A model generated the notes under the pieces. It was not told the DNA's origin. It worked only from the letters and a program-made list of their open reading frames with translations, and ran no database searches. A stretch of DNA of 63,996 nt, the filler included, from Sphacelaria rigidula (lineage: Eukaryota): NCBI GenBank assembly GCA_964200075.2. It is 4 parts of 4 records of this genome, joined end to end, with 100 filler letters (N's around TTAATTAATTAA, not from the genome) between each part and the next. Parts side by side here need not be neighbours in the genome. Positions count along the whole stretch, not along the records: positions 48,426 to 63,996 come from CAXNAA020001693.1; 3 more parts are not named here. One strand, written 5' to 3'. Shown here piece by piece: positions 48,695 through 61,900 of the stretch (position 1 is its first letter; each line of letters opens with the position of its first letter). A program made the position numbers and the translations under genes.

Positions 48695-50586
48695 TAGTGT
48701 TGGATATCGTCTCGAAATCTTCGATACGTGGTATCGAGATATCGTTATCGTTATCGTATCGAAAACTGTTCGATAAAACGATAACGATAGCGATTGCGAT
48801 AAGTTCGACACGATACAATACGATGCGACACGATACGGTACGGTACGATAAATAATGTATTTTTACCCGAATAATGACGGGTTATGCAACATTTTGCTGC
48901 TGAGGCGTAATAGTTACAGTACGCTCTCACCCATTCTGCTTCTCGTGTTGACGTTTTCTGAACCTAAATTCGGGCGAGCATATGCCCCAAGGAGGCATTT
49001 GGGCTCCTTCGTGAGGTCAGTTTACCACTTGGGATGATGAAAAAAATCTCAGAAACTTATAACTTCGAATAAACTGTAACACCAACACTAACTCTAACCC
49101 TAACCCCGACGAAGGCACACCGAGAACCCTCGGGCGAGGGGGTGGAGAGTATAACATGGGCAAAGGGTACGTTGCCAGACCTCAAATCGGCGCCCCAGGC
49201 GCCGATTCCGACCAAAACGCGTTCTGCGCAAGCCAGGAGAACGCTTGAAACATAGCCCCATTAAAGATCCGGATTTTCGCTGTTCACACTAAAATCAAGT
49301 CGAACTATCTGAGAAATTTCTCACTATCCCAAGTGGTAAACTCTACTGTCCTTGGTGATGCTACTTTGCGGTTGAATAAAATTTCACACACCTCTCCTCG
49401 TTAACAATGGCTCCTTGGTCATGCTACTTCGAGGTACACAAAATTTTCACACCTCTCTATGTGTCAATTAGGCCTCTTTTCTTTCCTCCTTCGACTTTTC
49501 ATTTCATACATTTCATTGCGCGCTCATTTTTTTTCTGATGTCTCCGTGTTCGCGTAGTATATGTTTTAAACCGTCTACCTCAAGTCTCGCGCCAGGATGA
49601 TGGGCACAATGATCGCATACTCCATCCAATATGGAGGTGCCCGGCGCCTTCATGCCCTCTATCAACCTCTTGTCTTGACTTTCTGCTCGGAACGGAAGTA
49701 CACGTGGTAACATGTGCTCGTTATTCCTCTCATGACATGAAATTTTACAAATTACGGGTGGATTATTTCAAGGATAAGCCTTGGGAACGTTCACAAGCGA
49801 ACATCGAAACATTTCCTAGCGAAACTAGAAGAGTATTCTCCGGCTGTGATATGTGGCCTCGCTCACTTGAACAAAACAGCAAGTTCGAAAATCCCGTGTC
49901 TTTTCCGAACAATTTCGACGTCTGCTCGTTCCCGTTTTTCAGAATCCCCTGTAATCACAGGATCTTACAAGTTGCGGCTGGATTTGATTTCGAAGATAAG
50001 CGAGTCCACACATCACGACCGGAGAGTACGTTTGCATTTTCTTTCAAGTAACTCGGTTCTTAAGGAAGTTCCCGGCTCATTCATCCTCGAAAGCAAATCC
50101 GTCCGCAATTTGTAAAACCCCATGCTTGATGCTCCTGACTCTGCTGGAAAGGCTCCGAGTTGTTCTGGCGAGGCTTTTTTTGTCAAACCTGCTTTGGTCG
50201 TGCTCGTTCCTCCTCGGTACAAATGTACTCATATTTCTTCGTCCAGAATGAATAAGGAAGGCCCTGGTGATTGTTGGGGTTTGTCAAACCTGGACACGTT
50301 CGTTTCTCCTGGGCTAGGAGGCCTTGAATAAAGTGCGCCAATTTTGATGGGAAATGAAGCCAAATAACCCAGTGTTCTCGCCTCCAGCGGCGCCTCCCGC
50401 GCTCCTGCCACACCAGTCGGAGGGGCGGGGGGCGTTCAGCGCTCGCACAGCAAGCGGACTCGCTGCGCTCGCCCGACTGTGCTGGCGGTTGGGCTTCACC
50501 GAAATTTATTATTACAATCATCGTTATCGAACGCTGAAAATGTCGAGATCGTATCGAAGTGCTGATTGGTTCGATATCCATTACTA
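48695..50586. mobile_element. Non-autonomous hAT-like element
   Basis: TIRs TAGTGTTGGATATCG / CGATATCCATTACTA; 8-bp TSD ctgggaat / ctgtgaac (6/8 match); subterminal ACGAT/ATCGT repeats. Confidence 0.75.
49018..49343. mobile_element. Nested MITE carrying the CCCTAA module
   Basis: TIRs agtttaccacttgggat...aaatctcaga / tctgagaaattt...atcccaagtggtaaact. Confidence 0.75.
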
Positions 50587-52896
50587 CTGTGAACGTTGCT
50601 GTACATCTGTACACAGGGGCACAAGAGAAGGACAGAAGCTGCTGCTCATGTTGCTGCTGTTGTGCTCCTGTTGTTGCACTAGGGCACTGCTGCTGTTTGT
50701 TGCTGTAGCGCTCGAGAAGCACACGCCCGCGTGCGGCCACACCACGTTCACCGCCCATGTGAACACCATCAGACAATATACGAGTATCAGCAGTAGTGGA
50801 GGCCACAACACACCACAGCAGCAGGAAACGTTTTCCTGAAATTATACTGCTAGTACCGCCAAGATCCTGCTGGTCCCAAACCCAAAAGTGCCTATTTTTA
50901 AACGCGGATATCTCGGCAACCAAGCAGAGCATTGGACTGCGATTTTTCGCGTGCGTGTGCCGCACACCCAAACGATGGAACTGTAAGATAGATTTCCTTG
51001 GTACGTTCCACAAACACTGCACCAAACTAAGGTGGACTATTTTGGTCATTATGGCTCTCATTCTCACCCATAACAGTGTCGGAGCGTGGTACACTAGGGC
51101 AATGCAGTGCAGTACACTCCATCATCAGAGTATACGATAATGCCGTGTGGTAATACATGATTGCATAGACGGTATTGCAACAACAGTAAACAACGTGCGA
51201 GAAGAGTTCAGCAGTGCAGTGTCGTACATCATCCTTCGAGTACAGCGGCAACAGAGAGTGGGATAGTTCAGTACCATTCGTTGTGGTGGTACTTACGGCA
51301 GCGCAGTACGGCACAAGAAGTTACCATCGCCGTGGGGTACGACATCAACACTCCGTATCCGCTTGTCAAACCCCGTGCGACCCGTGCGAAGCTGCTCCAG
51401 CAGCTGGCGCGGGCAGGCACGGCGTGCGCTGTCACGAGGGTGTGTGCTGCTGCTGTCGCAAAAATATCAAAAGCCTGTTGCCCTATATCACCGTACGTCA
51501 CTGCACGTACGTCACTTCCTACAGAGGGGGGGAACCCTAACGTCCCCCCGATATCGGCGAAAAGCCGAGGAAAATCATCTTCAAATTTTGACACCCCAAT
51601 TTGAGCTTCCTCGATCTGGCTCATATTTGGGCCCATAAAATGCGTTTCCCGGTTTTAGGTTCCCCCATCTGCGTACAGATCGAGATTGATGACTACCATA
51701 AAAAGTAACCTTATACCCCAAAACGGGGTATTTTGGTGATGTGAGGTTTTGGCGCCGTCGGATATCCATTGATGATATACATCGAAGTCGTCGGACTTCC
51801 ACTGTCACTCACGCCAACGACCATACCAATTTCAACGTGTACCTCTGACGTTTGGGTCTCTACTGTTAGTCACCGAAATGTTTCCACAACAATCAGTCGA
51901 ATCGGCAACGTGCACATATCGGATATACACATCATATTCGCTCCGATATATTTCTTCTCTCACCCGCCAGTCATATCTAATTGTATCCTTTGATGGATCA
52001 TGGCGAAATTTTACATATTTCACCGCCCCGCAATCATATTACATTTGACCATCCTGGATGAAGCGATTGCAGTTCCTCATCAGGAGGAACGAAGGCGCTA
52101 CATACACACCTCCTCCCACACCACAGATTTTGTAGACTCAAGTGAATTCCAAACAATTATGGATGCCAAGAAATTGAGGTGTAACGAGGAGGACCAATTG
52201 AATGAAACGAAGAGAAAACTTATGAAGGAAAAATCTCAACTGTCGTCAGCGGTCAGGAACCATGCCGAAAAACATCGAAGACGTTCCATCGAAACGATCA
52301 TTATATACTCTTATTGCGATATCATTTCGAGAACAGATATCTCTTGAAAAATTCACATACACTCAGCTTTATTGGTGAAAATAACGAGCAAGCAGCCCAC
52401 CAAGACATTAAAATCATGAAGCAATGAGTTTGTGCCTATCATTCGACTCATCCATCAGCAAATGCCAACAACGTATAAACGACTCGTCAGCGGGAAAAGG
52501 ACTCATTCCCGCGAGTACAACGCGTTGAAAGTATAATCATCGATACCGAAGAGCCAACTGCTTGTGCATGAGTCAATTTTGGTACATTTTTCTGTAGAGT
52601 GTCACATGTTGACAAGTGCGACTGCGTGACGGTCCAGCCGTAAAGCAAGATGCTCCACCTTCCCAATGATCTACTAAACAGCCGATCGGTAACGAGTGAT
52701 TGGATGTCCGTAGACCTTGCAAGAAACCCAGTTGAAATATACACAGCCATCGGAGATAAACCCGAGGCGGATAACCCAACACGTTTCTGAACCACGACAA
52801 GCACTCAGAGGAAGGGTGCCAACGAGTTCGATCCCTCGGTGGTTGCCCGTTCGGACGGAAAACGAGAGGGTGCGCATACAACGGAACGCGGCGAAT

Positions 52897-53872
52897 CAGT
52901 CGTAGATTCGGTCATTCAATGTTGTGATACGTTTGTCGAGGGTATTGACGAGGATGTTTGTGTTGCCATAGATGGTCCGGAGACTGCTTTCAACGAAGCG
53001 GTAGTCGATATGCATACGGGAATTGATCTTCCTATGGATGCCGCCACCGTTGCTATCAACAACCGTGAAGCTACATTTTCGGCAGCCACCGATAGCGTTG
53101 GCCATTCTTCTGTCGATGTCTCCCCATCATCATCCTCCCACGGGGGCCCCGATACTGTAGGGATCATTTCCCCTTTGTAGTGAAGACTTCACTACCCAAT
53201 CAGGTACTAAATCCTATGCCCCTCTGTCGTAGCACTTGAGAGTGGCCGCCAAACGGAAAAATCTCCGTCCGCGCGCCCGCCGGAAAAAGTACGAGACAAG
53301 GGGCAAGACGCACTTTCAACATAGCCGCCTCACCTCTATCCCGCCTCACGTGTGGGATAAATTTACCCACGCCAAGCAGGCCGCATACGGTGACAATCTC
53401 TTCGCCCAAACTAGCCAAGCCCAAACCGAACGAACACCCGTCAAGGCTTTGAGCGCGCACAAGAACTCGCGGACGTTCGTCGTGATGTTGATGTGAAATA
53501 TAATGCTCGCGCGGACGGAAAAATTTCGTTTGGCGACCACTACCAAGTGTTACGGAGAGAGGGGCATAGATTTAGTACCCGTTTGGATACTGAAGGCTTC
53601 ACTGGGGAAGAGCCCCTACAGCATCGGGGCCCACGCGGGGGGCTGCTGATTGGGAGTCATCAATACATAAATGGCCACCACTGTCGGTGGTTGCCAAAAA
53701 TATAACTTCACGGTTGTTGGTAGCAACGGTGGCGGTTTCCACAGGAAGATCAATTCCCGCATGCATATCGACCGTTGGAAACGGTCCCCGGGTCATCTGT
53801 GGCAACATGAACATTCTCGCCAATATCCTCGACAAACGTATCACAACATTAGATAGCCGAATCTACGACTGC
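52897..53872. repeat. Long diverged inverted repeat (~375-bp arms, ~230-bp spacer)
   Basis: 52897-53274 aligns with the reverse complement of 53507-53872, and the translations mirror each other (DMHTGIDLPMDAATVAINNRE vs DMHAGIDLPVETATVATNNRE). Confidence 0.9.
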
Positions 53873-56269
53873 TTCACCGATTCATCCTAATGGTGACCAG
53901 CAAATTAGTGTCAATAAAGTTCAACATCTTACGCGTATCTATACCTTCAGTAGGGAACTGCGGCATGGCCTATCTGTGCTGGTGTCAATTGACCTCAAAA
54001 CAAGGGCTCTCCGACGCCAACACGATCCATGCATAGTGAGGGTCATAGCGTGTCTACTCCAAGAGAGTAGCCGGTATTTTATCCAGGAGGCCAACAGGAC
54101 ATCGTGGTTCAAGCTCAACACGTCTTGGGATCTTGTTTCCTGGTCACTTCTTCGTTTGGTCCGGGGATGGTTGCGGCAGTGACGGTTGAGGATATCTGGT
54201 AGTCGGAAGTTTTCAAAAAGACACTTTTTCACAGCATCGACGGGATCGGCATGTTTTAGGGACCGAAGGGTGTCCATGACAGGCGGTTCAACGCCATTTC
54301 ATCCAGGTGGTCGATCGCACGATGCAATTGAAGCTTAGAAGTCATGCAGAGGCACACTTTGAAACGCGGTGTAAAGTGTAACGGGCCTTTGACCAGAATT
54401 GAGTACCATTTTCGACCACTCGACCGATCGTACCATATTACACACTGCGTGACAACCCGAGCCGTAGGAAAGTCTTGCCCCATGCTTGTCATGTGCGATC
54501 TCGTGAAAGGGCACGGAATTAGGGCACTGCCCAGTGAGGAATCCGCCCTGAAGTTGCTGCAAAAAAAGTGCTCGGCGCGAGACTGATCACGTCGGGAGCG
54601 AGTTAATGGGAATGTTTCTCCTCTCATAGTGTCGGCCAATCGAACACTGTTTCTCTGAACGTGTTTCATGTTGTACCGACTCGTGCATGTAAATATAATC
54701 AACCGCCAGGAAACTTGGCGGTATCTTGTTGGCGATAGTTGCTCCTGTCCGTGTCCACTCTTTCGGTTCCAGTGTACGTCCAGCACGACTGCATTGTACC
54801 TACCTGCACTGGCATCGGGCATGGATTTTACCTCAGACCGGCCAGACCGGTCAGATGCGTGTACCGTTCGCGTGCTGTAGTTTACCCATGAGTTTGCGGT
54901 GGATACCCTCCGAGCGGCGACAGCTTTCCCCCTAACTCGCCGGACATAGACTTCCATTGCTCCACAGCGTTCTCAGTCCGTGGAGTTGTGTTACATCGAA
55001 AAGACGTGTTACAATCGTGTTCACAGTCACGGATGGTCGTCTAGAGATGTAGATGGGCCTGAAGCTGTGGAGCCAGGGTATAGAGTCACGTGCGAGTACT
55101 CGTCGTAATATACCGTGAAGATTTGAAACTAAAATGTACACATCAAAAGCAGAAACCACTCAGGCGCAACAGCGACCGGCTAGACAAGTTCGGGCATTGC
55201 GTAAAGGTACCCGCAGACTCACACGTCTCATGCCCCTCTCGCCGTCCCAAATTGGCATTCCCCTTCTCAGGCATGTGTCTATTCGCCAGATACACAAGAG
55301 TCGAGGAATTTGTATTCACACTGTAATCTCCACTTGGCAGATTTCTACTTGCCAGAGACGTGCAAGGAAGACTCGGGGCTTGAGTTCCAACAATTGACTC
55401 ATATAGGTACCGTTGCACTGTGTCGGCAGTTGATCGCACGACATCGTAGACCCCGCGGGAAGCACGATTTACTACTCAAGATGTTCGAAAGGGAGACAAA
55501 TTTGGACAAGCACTCTAGGGTCCGCTTGCAGACGCCGTGCGGTCAACACAAGCCCAACACGATATCCTCCCGACTGCTGTATTTGACCGTCTTAAATCAC
55601 ATGTATTGCACGCGCAACTAGGCGCAAAATGCCCGGGGAAGCGTTGCTCCCAGACCATGTCGAAGTTTCTTGCACTCATGACAGCAGCCTGCATCATAAA
55701 TTCGCCCAGTGCCCTCACTGTGGGGTTTGACAGAGTGCTTTTTGCCAGCAGCCCCCACAGAAAAAATGTATCCTGAGCTTGTTCCTCACTAAACTTTGTG
55801 TGCTGACATCAGGCACTGCCGCCCGCGGAAGGTCAGCCATGGAGGGACAAAAGGTGCTACCCCAACTGCGCCAGGGTCGCGCTAGTAGCCTCTCGGAGAA
55901 AGAGCACGCTGCCGAAAGTGGACATGTCGCCGAAGACTAGAACTTTCATAAATCAGTACGATGCCATCTGCTGCAAATGTGGCCGGTATATCGAGGTAGG
56001 GGAAGCGATGGATGCAGAAATTTGCCCGCTGCTGCAGCCGAAGTGGCAGAACAAGAGGCACAGCAACGGGAAATGCCCGCCTCGGATACACTTTTTCCCG
56101 GACCACTCTTCGGAGGTGGAGGGGGACATGCCATTGTGGGTTTTCTCGTGTATAGCAGAATGTGGACTGCCGCCTGCCTGTTGCCGCACTTGGAAGTGTA
56201 TGGTTAAGCTTACATGTTTGTTATCAGTGGCATTCTGTACAGCAGCAGTAGAGCTTTGAAACGCATCAT

Positions 56270-56647
56270 TGTGGAAGGGTGATTCCTTGACAGACACTCG
56301 TGGGAATTTGTCCCTTTTATGTGGGGGTTGCAACATGACCCAACGGCTCATGAGCCGCTTGAAGGTTTTGTAGGTATAACCTTTTACGCAGGCTAGTGTT
56401 TGGAATCTTTGATTTTAATCCATACGTCTTCCACGTGTATTGCTTTATCCGTGAATTTCGAAGTCTGGTTCAGAGGGTACTCATAATTTGTTTTGGCTCC
56501 CGCCATTTTGGTGGGATCCGGGAGTTGAACCCGGGACCTTCTGTTCGTGAAGCGTACGAGCTATCTCACTGGTGTCGCCAGTGTGAAAAGGTGATTCCTT
56601 GACAGACACTTGTGGGAATTTGTCCCTCCCATGTGGTGGTTCCCACA
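56270..56647 (-). mobile_element. Mini-LTR (TRIM-like) element with ~66-bp LTRs
   Basis: Direct repeats 56270-56335 and 56582-56647 have TG...CA ends. On the minus strand TGGCGACACCAG lies 1 nt from the right repeat. Confidence 0.7.
56509..56569 (-). other. tRNA-like sequence (intact T-arm, CCA end, no proper D-arm)
   Basis: Minus strand reads ...cttcacgaacagaaggtc CCGGG TTCAACT CCCGG atcccaCCA. Confidence 0.6.
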
Positions 56648-58920
56648 TTATATTATGATCTCGCCAGCCTAACGCAGGCTTTCTGTCCCTTCTCCGCCCT
56701 GTTTCACGCTCCCGCGTACATCTGTATTTTGTCGTGCCTCCCGCCCTTTCTCCCTCACGAATGTGTGCTACAGCCACGCGCGCGCAACGTTCGGTGCAAC
56801 TTCTCGTAAGTGCGCGAAACGTTATTGCGGCAGATGTCACCACGTGTTTGAGTTCGGGAGTTACGTCGAGTCATCCAACGGAGAAGCAATCTGCACGGAC
56901 TGCGCGGAGGCAGGTGAGTCGCGACTAGCTGGAATCAAGTCCGCTGCTCAACATGCGCCTATGGGTTTGCGTTTGGCACCGTGATGCTATGATGGTAAGG
57001 GTACTTCAACGTGACTCATGCTTTTGAGTTTGGAACACGCACCGCACGGTTTGGTGTATTTGTTACACTCTGTAGAAGGGGAATCGGAGGAGGAGGAGGA
57101 GGAGGAGGAAGATGAAGATGACGATGACGACGACGAAGACGACGACGACGAGGATGAGGATGAGGATGGTGATCACGAGGTGAAGAAGGAGGAGGACGAG
57201 GAAGAGGAGGAACATGGAGAGGAGGAAGGTGAGGTAGCAGATGATCCAAGGCATTGCCCAACCTACCACATGCAGCTAGCTAGGCCGAAACGACGAGACC
57301 ATGAACACCACACCTGGGAAGGTGTGGTGATGCTGCTGTCGTTTACATTCCGACGCGTGTTCCGTCCCGTACTGTCTCATGTCACCCTTGATACCCCAAA
57401 ATGTGGCCCCTTTTTCCGGTTGCAGAATCTGAGTTTACCTTCATCAAGTCGACCATGCGTTTGAGGAAAACCGTGTGTTATGCGGTGAGGGGTGTGTCCT
57501 AACCGGCATTTCTCGCTGACTATGTTCACATATCTAGACCACGGACAGACTCATAGCACCTAGCGTCGAGTGTAGGCCTTGGGTAAACTCACACAGCCCC
57601 AACTGTTGAGTTCGCAGTAAAGCAAAGACATGTATACAAGTGTCATAAATTAGTCGCTCATTGCCCCTGGAGAAAGTACTTTTTCACACCGATGCTCAAG
57701 GCAATGATAGAGCGCACAAACATAAAATCGATCGCGAGTGGTGAAGCTCGCACGATTCGCTATCTCCTAAACTTCTACAAGTAGCCATCCCTCAATGAGA
57801 CCCACTGACTCATGCGTCATGCTACCATTCAATGTACCTGTATGTCTAGAGAAATATCCTAAATATTGGAGACTGTACATGGAGACCCATTACCAGTTTG
57901 GGAATCACTCAACGAACACCCCTGATTTGAGCCCTGGTGAGAATATTGATAAATTCGTAAATACCAAACTGCAAGCATTCACCGTGGAGTAAACGTTAAC
58001 GCGAGAGCCCTAACGGGGGAAGCAATAGTAATGGTAAATGGGGGCCATAACGACAAAAAAAGCGTGGGCAAAAAATAAAAACGCGGAGGAATAATAAGGA
58101 ATAATAAGGAATAATGAAGACGTCATCGACTCGCCGGACCTGTGCCAAACTTCTGTAGGCTATGTGCCGAACAGAACACACGTTCCATCTCAAGTTTCCG
58201 AGGTTTAGTATGTGACAGCTGTAATATTTTTCATCGCGTCGTTCTCGAGACAGGAATCAAACCGGCCTGTGGCACTTCACAACCCCCCGCACACACACTA
58301 GACCTAGTCACTCGCGCGGCGGATCTGCTCAATTCGCCACAGCACATTGTGTGTTAGGTGCGGCGGTTTGCAGAGTGCTGCGGCGTCTGCGGCACGCGGT
58401 TACGGAAACCCGCCCCGCGAGTGACTAAGGTCTGGTGTGCGGGAAGCGCACGCATCAAGCCGCAGTCAAATCCTCTGCTTGGTTGCCGAGAAAACTGCGT
58501 TGAGAGATCGGCACAACAACATACTGCAACACGAGGGGCACAAGAAATGCACGAGCTGCGGTTTCTATCCTCTTTTTATGACTCGGTATACATTTGCACA
58601 GCAACGTCAATCACAGGTTTGTTGTAGAATGATCTATAATAATAGTACATTTCATATGAGCGAAGTCGTTATTTGTAGGTGACGCGTGTATTTATTATTC
58701 ATATGATTGGCTCGATTACAACCCATTTTCTGCAGAGCGGGGTGGGTCTCCATTTTCCGATATATAGTGCTCAAAATCGGCCCCCATTTATCCCCATAAC
58801 AGTGATCGACTATATACAATGTTAAATCGAATGCAACCACAAAGAAAGGATGTAATTACCGAAATCATTTTCATTGGCTTGAAATTCACGACCAATTTCG
58901 GAAGGTTAGTTCCAATCCCC

Positions 58921-61900
58921 CAGCTAACCCTCCTTTTTCTTCCACCAACCAGAACACAACACGGATATAGACGTGAAATAGCGAGAAAAAACAGATCTAA
59001 TTTCTCATATCAAGACGGGAAATAACCGAAGTTCTTGCCACACCATAGCAAAGGTAAGACAAGAAAAAAGCCAAAACCTAGACATTAAGTAATAGTGTGA
59101 AGGTTGACCACCTTACATGCAAATCGAGCATACAAAATACATAACAAGTACGGATAGGGTAGGGTCATCACCCCCTTCACATGGAGGTTAGGGTGTCGTT
59201 GTGAGATACCCGTGAAACCTTACCGGTTTCCAGTAGGCGGTGGAAATCTGGTCAGCCAAAAATTTCCCATATTAGGTGCAAAAGGCTCCTAATGAAGGGA
59301 AGGGGTGCATAATGCATGACATAAACGTCAAGACCTACTACACTGTACTCATGAAAGAAACACCTTGCCAATGACCGACCACATGACCTACGAGAACGAG
59401 CACCAAGGGGTACGTAGATCTCTTGAGATCTTGAAGGATAAAAGCTGGTACAAAGTGTGGGAGAATTGTTGGCCAAGCATTCGGCAGCGAAGGTCTACCC
59501 GGAAGCATTAGTGGAGTAGCGACCCGCGGTGAACCGTACACGGAGTGGAAGAGTGATGTACGAGACATCCCGATGTGAGTAAGACTTTGTGCTATGCAAG
59601 CCGTCCTTGAACCATATACGATGAAAATGATCTCCCTGGAAGAATGTCCCCAGGACGGCAGCGGGGCAAGAAGATAGAATATACGATCGTGGGACGCCTG
59701 GATGGTTCACCATGAAGATCGCCTGGCACAAACGCGGGGTACTTGTGTCAAAGGTGTTGAACTTGGCTTCAGGCTACGAGCCCATGTTGGAGTCATTATT
59801 CAGTGTCGGTGAGCCAGCAGAAAAAGTGAAAGGCACCAGACCCCCAACAAGTGCTATGATTGATATGTCCCAGTACGTTGACTATATCCCACCAATACAC
59901 TCGAAATGAACAAGCTGGAGATTCTCTCGAAAGGGATCGAGAGAGAGGCGGTAAGGAAAGGCGGATGGAGAAGTAGAGAGTGAAGGGGCACAGCATTCGT
60001 AGTGCTGGGATTCGGAATCCGTCGCGACATGACGAGAATAGAGTTTAAAAGAAAATGCAACGGAGGTGGACTATACTACATGGCAAGGTGAAAGGTAAAA
60101 AGGGAGGGAGGACACTCCCGAGTCACACTAAAACAGAGCGCGAGCAAGGAGTGGGACAGGATAGAGACAAGTAAGGTCTCGGCATGGCTTAGAAGGGCAG
60201 GATGGAGAGTATGCATAGCTAATGGAACAACAAACCTAGGACGTAGTCCACGGGTAAACGGAGAGAAAGGCAGGAAGATGTGAGTGTCCGGAAGGGGAAG
60301 GGGAGGGGACACAGCGGCCCGAAGCAAATAGACAAAGACCAAACCAGAAACGGGAAAAACAATCAAGCAACGGAAAGTAGAAGTAACAGCGACGGAGAGA
60401 GAGCAGCAGACAACAGGAGAGCAGATAATGATTCGGAGAGGAAGTTAAGAATGGGATCGTGGAACGTATGTGGATTCGCCACAGACAAGGGCAAAAGAGT
60501 AGAGATAGCGCAGCAAGTGAGAAACCGCAACCTAGATATACTGGGAATCCAAAAGTCGTGGGAGAAAGAGGGGGCGGAAATAGGATGCAAAGTTGAAGAG
60601 TACGCATGAAAAGGGGAAAAGCGGAAGGGACAGAACCCCAAGTGAAGGGGAGCGAGGGAAATAGGGTTCTTAGTCAAGGAACACCTGTGTGGCAATGTAG
60701 AAGCGATCAACGGCACGAAATTCAACGAGAGCACATGGAAAAGGGTACCAGGAGAGCGGGGAACGAAAGACGTCTTCGTAGGGAACATCCACATGCTTCC
60801 AGCATCGAAGCGTACGGTGAATGATAAACAGCGAAAGTTTGGAGAGATAGCAGGAGATGCACATGAGCATAAAGGGCAACAAGAAGTAATGTTTGTCGAG
60901 GGTTTTGATGCAAGGGTAGGAAAAGCAGGTCAACTGGATGATAGTATTGGGCAATACGGGGAAGATAAGAACACGAATGGGATAGAAGTGCGGAAGTTCC
61001 TTGACCATAACGAGATGAGGACGCTGAACGGTAGAGCACAAAAGCCAGAGGCGCAATGGACGTGGATGAGAAGACGCAAAGACGAGAGAGAACGCTCCGT
61101 TCTTGACTATACAGTGGTGGAGAATGGAAACAGTGAAGAAATGGAAGTACATGTATGCGCGGAGGACGTGGGAACCACAGATCATCGCTTGATGTGGACA
61201 GAAAGCCAACAGACGAAAGTTGAAAGGAATAGGCGGGGTAGGGAGTTGCACAAATGGATGACCGATAAACTATATATGGGGAAAAAGCGGCAATAGTTCC
61301 AAGAAGAGGTGGCCAAGAATGCCGTGATTTTTTCCGAGCTGTTGAAACGCGTAGGTACAGTTGACACCGAAATGGAAAGAAATCGGGCAGGAGCGAAGGT
61401 TGTGGAAGGATGGGAGCGGTTGGTCAAGAACACAGAGAGTCAAGGCAAGGAAGAAACTGATCGTGTGCAACAGAGCAGTAAAATAGTGGTGTGATGAGGA
61501 AGTGAAAGAGGCTATGAGAGTAAGGAGGTCCACGCGAGATGCGTGTAAAGTAGAACTACGGCAGGATGGGAGGAGTATACTAAAGCTCGAACGGAAGTTA
61601 ACTAGATAGTACAAGAGAAAAAAAAGGAGTGTGGGAAGATGTAGTATATAACGTAAATGGGGATTTCGAGGGCGGGATGAAACAAATGTGGGTAGGGATA
61701 AAAGGGATAACGGGATACCAGGCAGGAAAGATGGACACGGGGATAGCCACACTCCGGGCACAGAACGGTAAAATGGTCAGTAGTTCGAAGGGAAAGAGAG
61801 GAGTGCTAGTCAAGCACTACGGTAAACTAGGAACCTTAAAAACTAACACGGAGTTCGACATGGAATTCGAAAAATAAATCAACACGTGGGCAGAGGCAAA

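Larger units (their letters stand above)
55918..57230 (+). pseudogene. Spliced Cys-rich zinc-finger plus acidic-tract gene or relic (exons ~55918-56197, 56774-56913, 57076-~57228)
   Basis: NQYDAICCKCGRYIEVGE..H...CP; KCAKRYCGRC...ICTDC; the GCAG|gtgagt donor and tag|AA acceptor are phase-compatible with the poly-D/E exon. Confidence 0.5.

Noticed and set aside
50183-51094. 303-aa minus-strand ORF
   Set aside because: It crosses a transposon boundary at 50586 and has no coherent domain, so it is likely a chance ORF.
56509-56569. Functional tRNA-Val(CAC) gene
   Set aside because: There is no D-arm and the anticodon stem is poor; kept only as a tRNA-like fragment.
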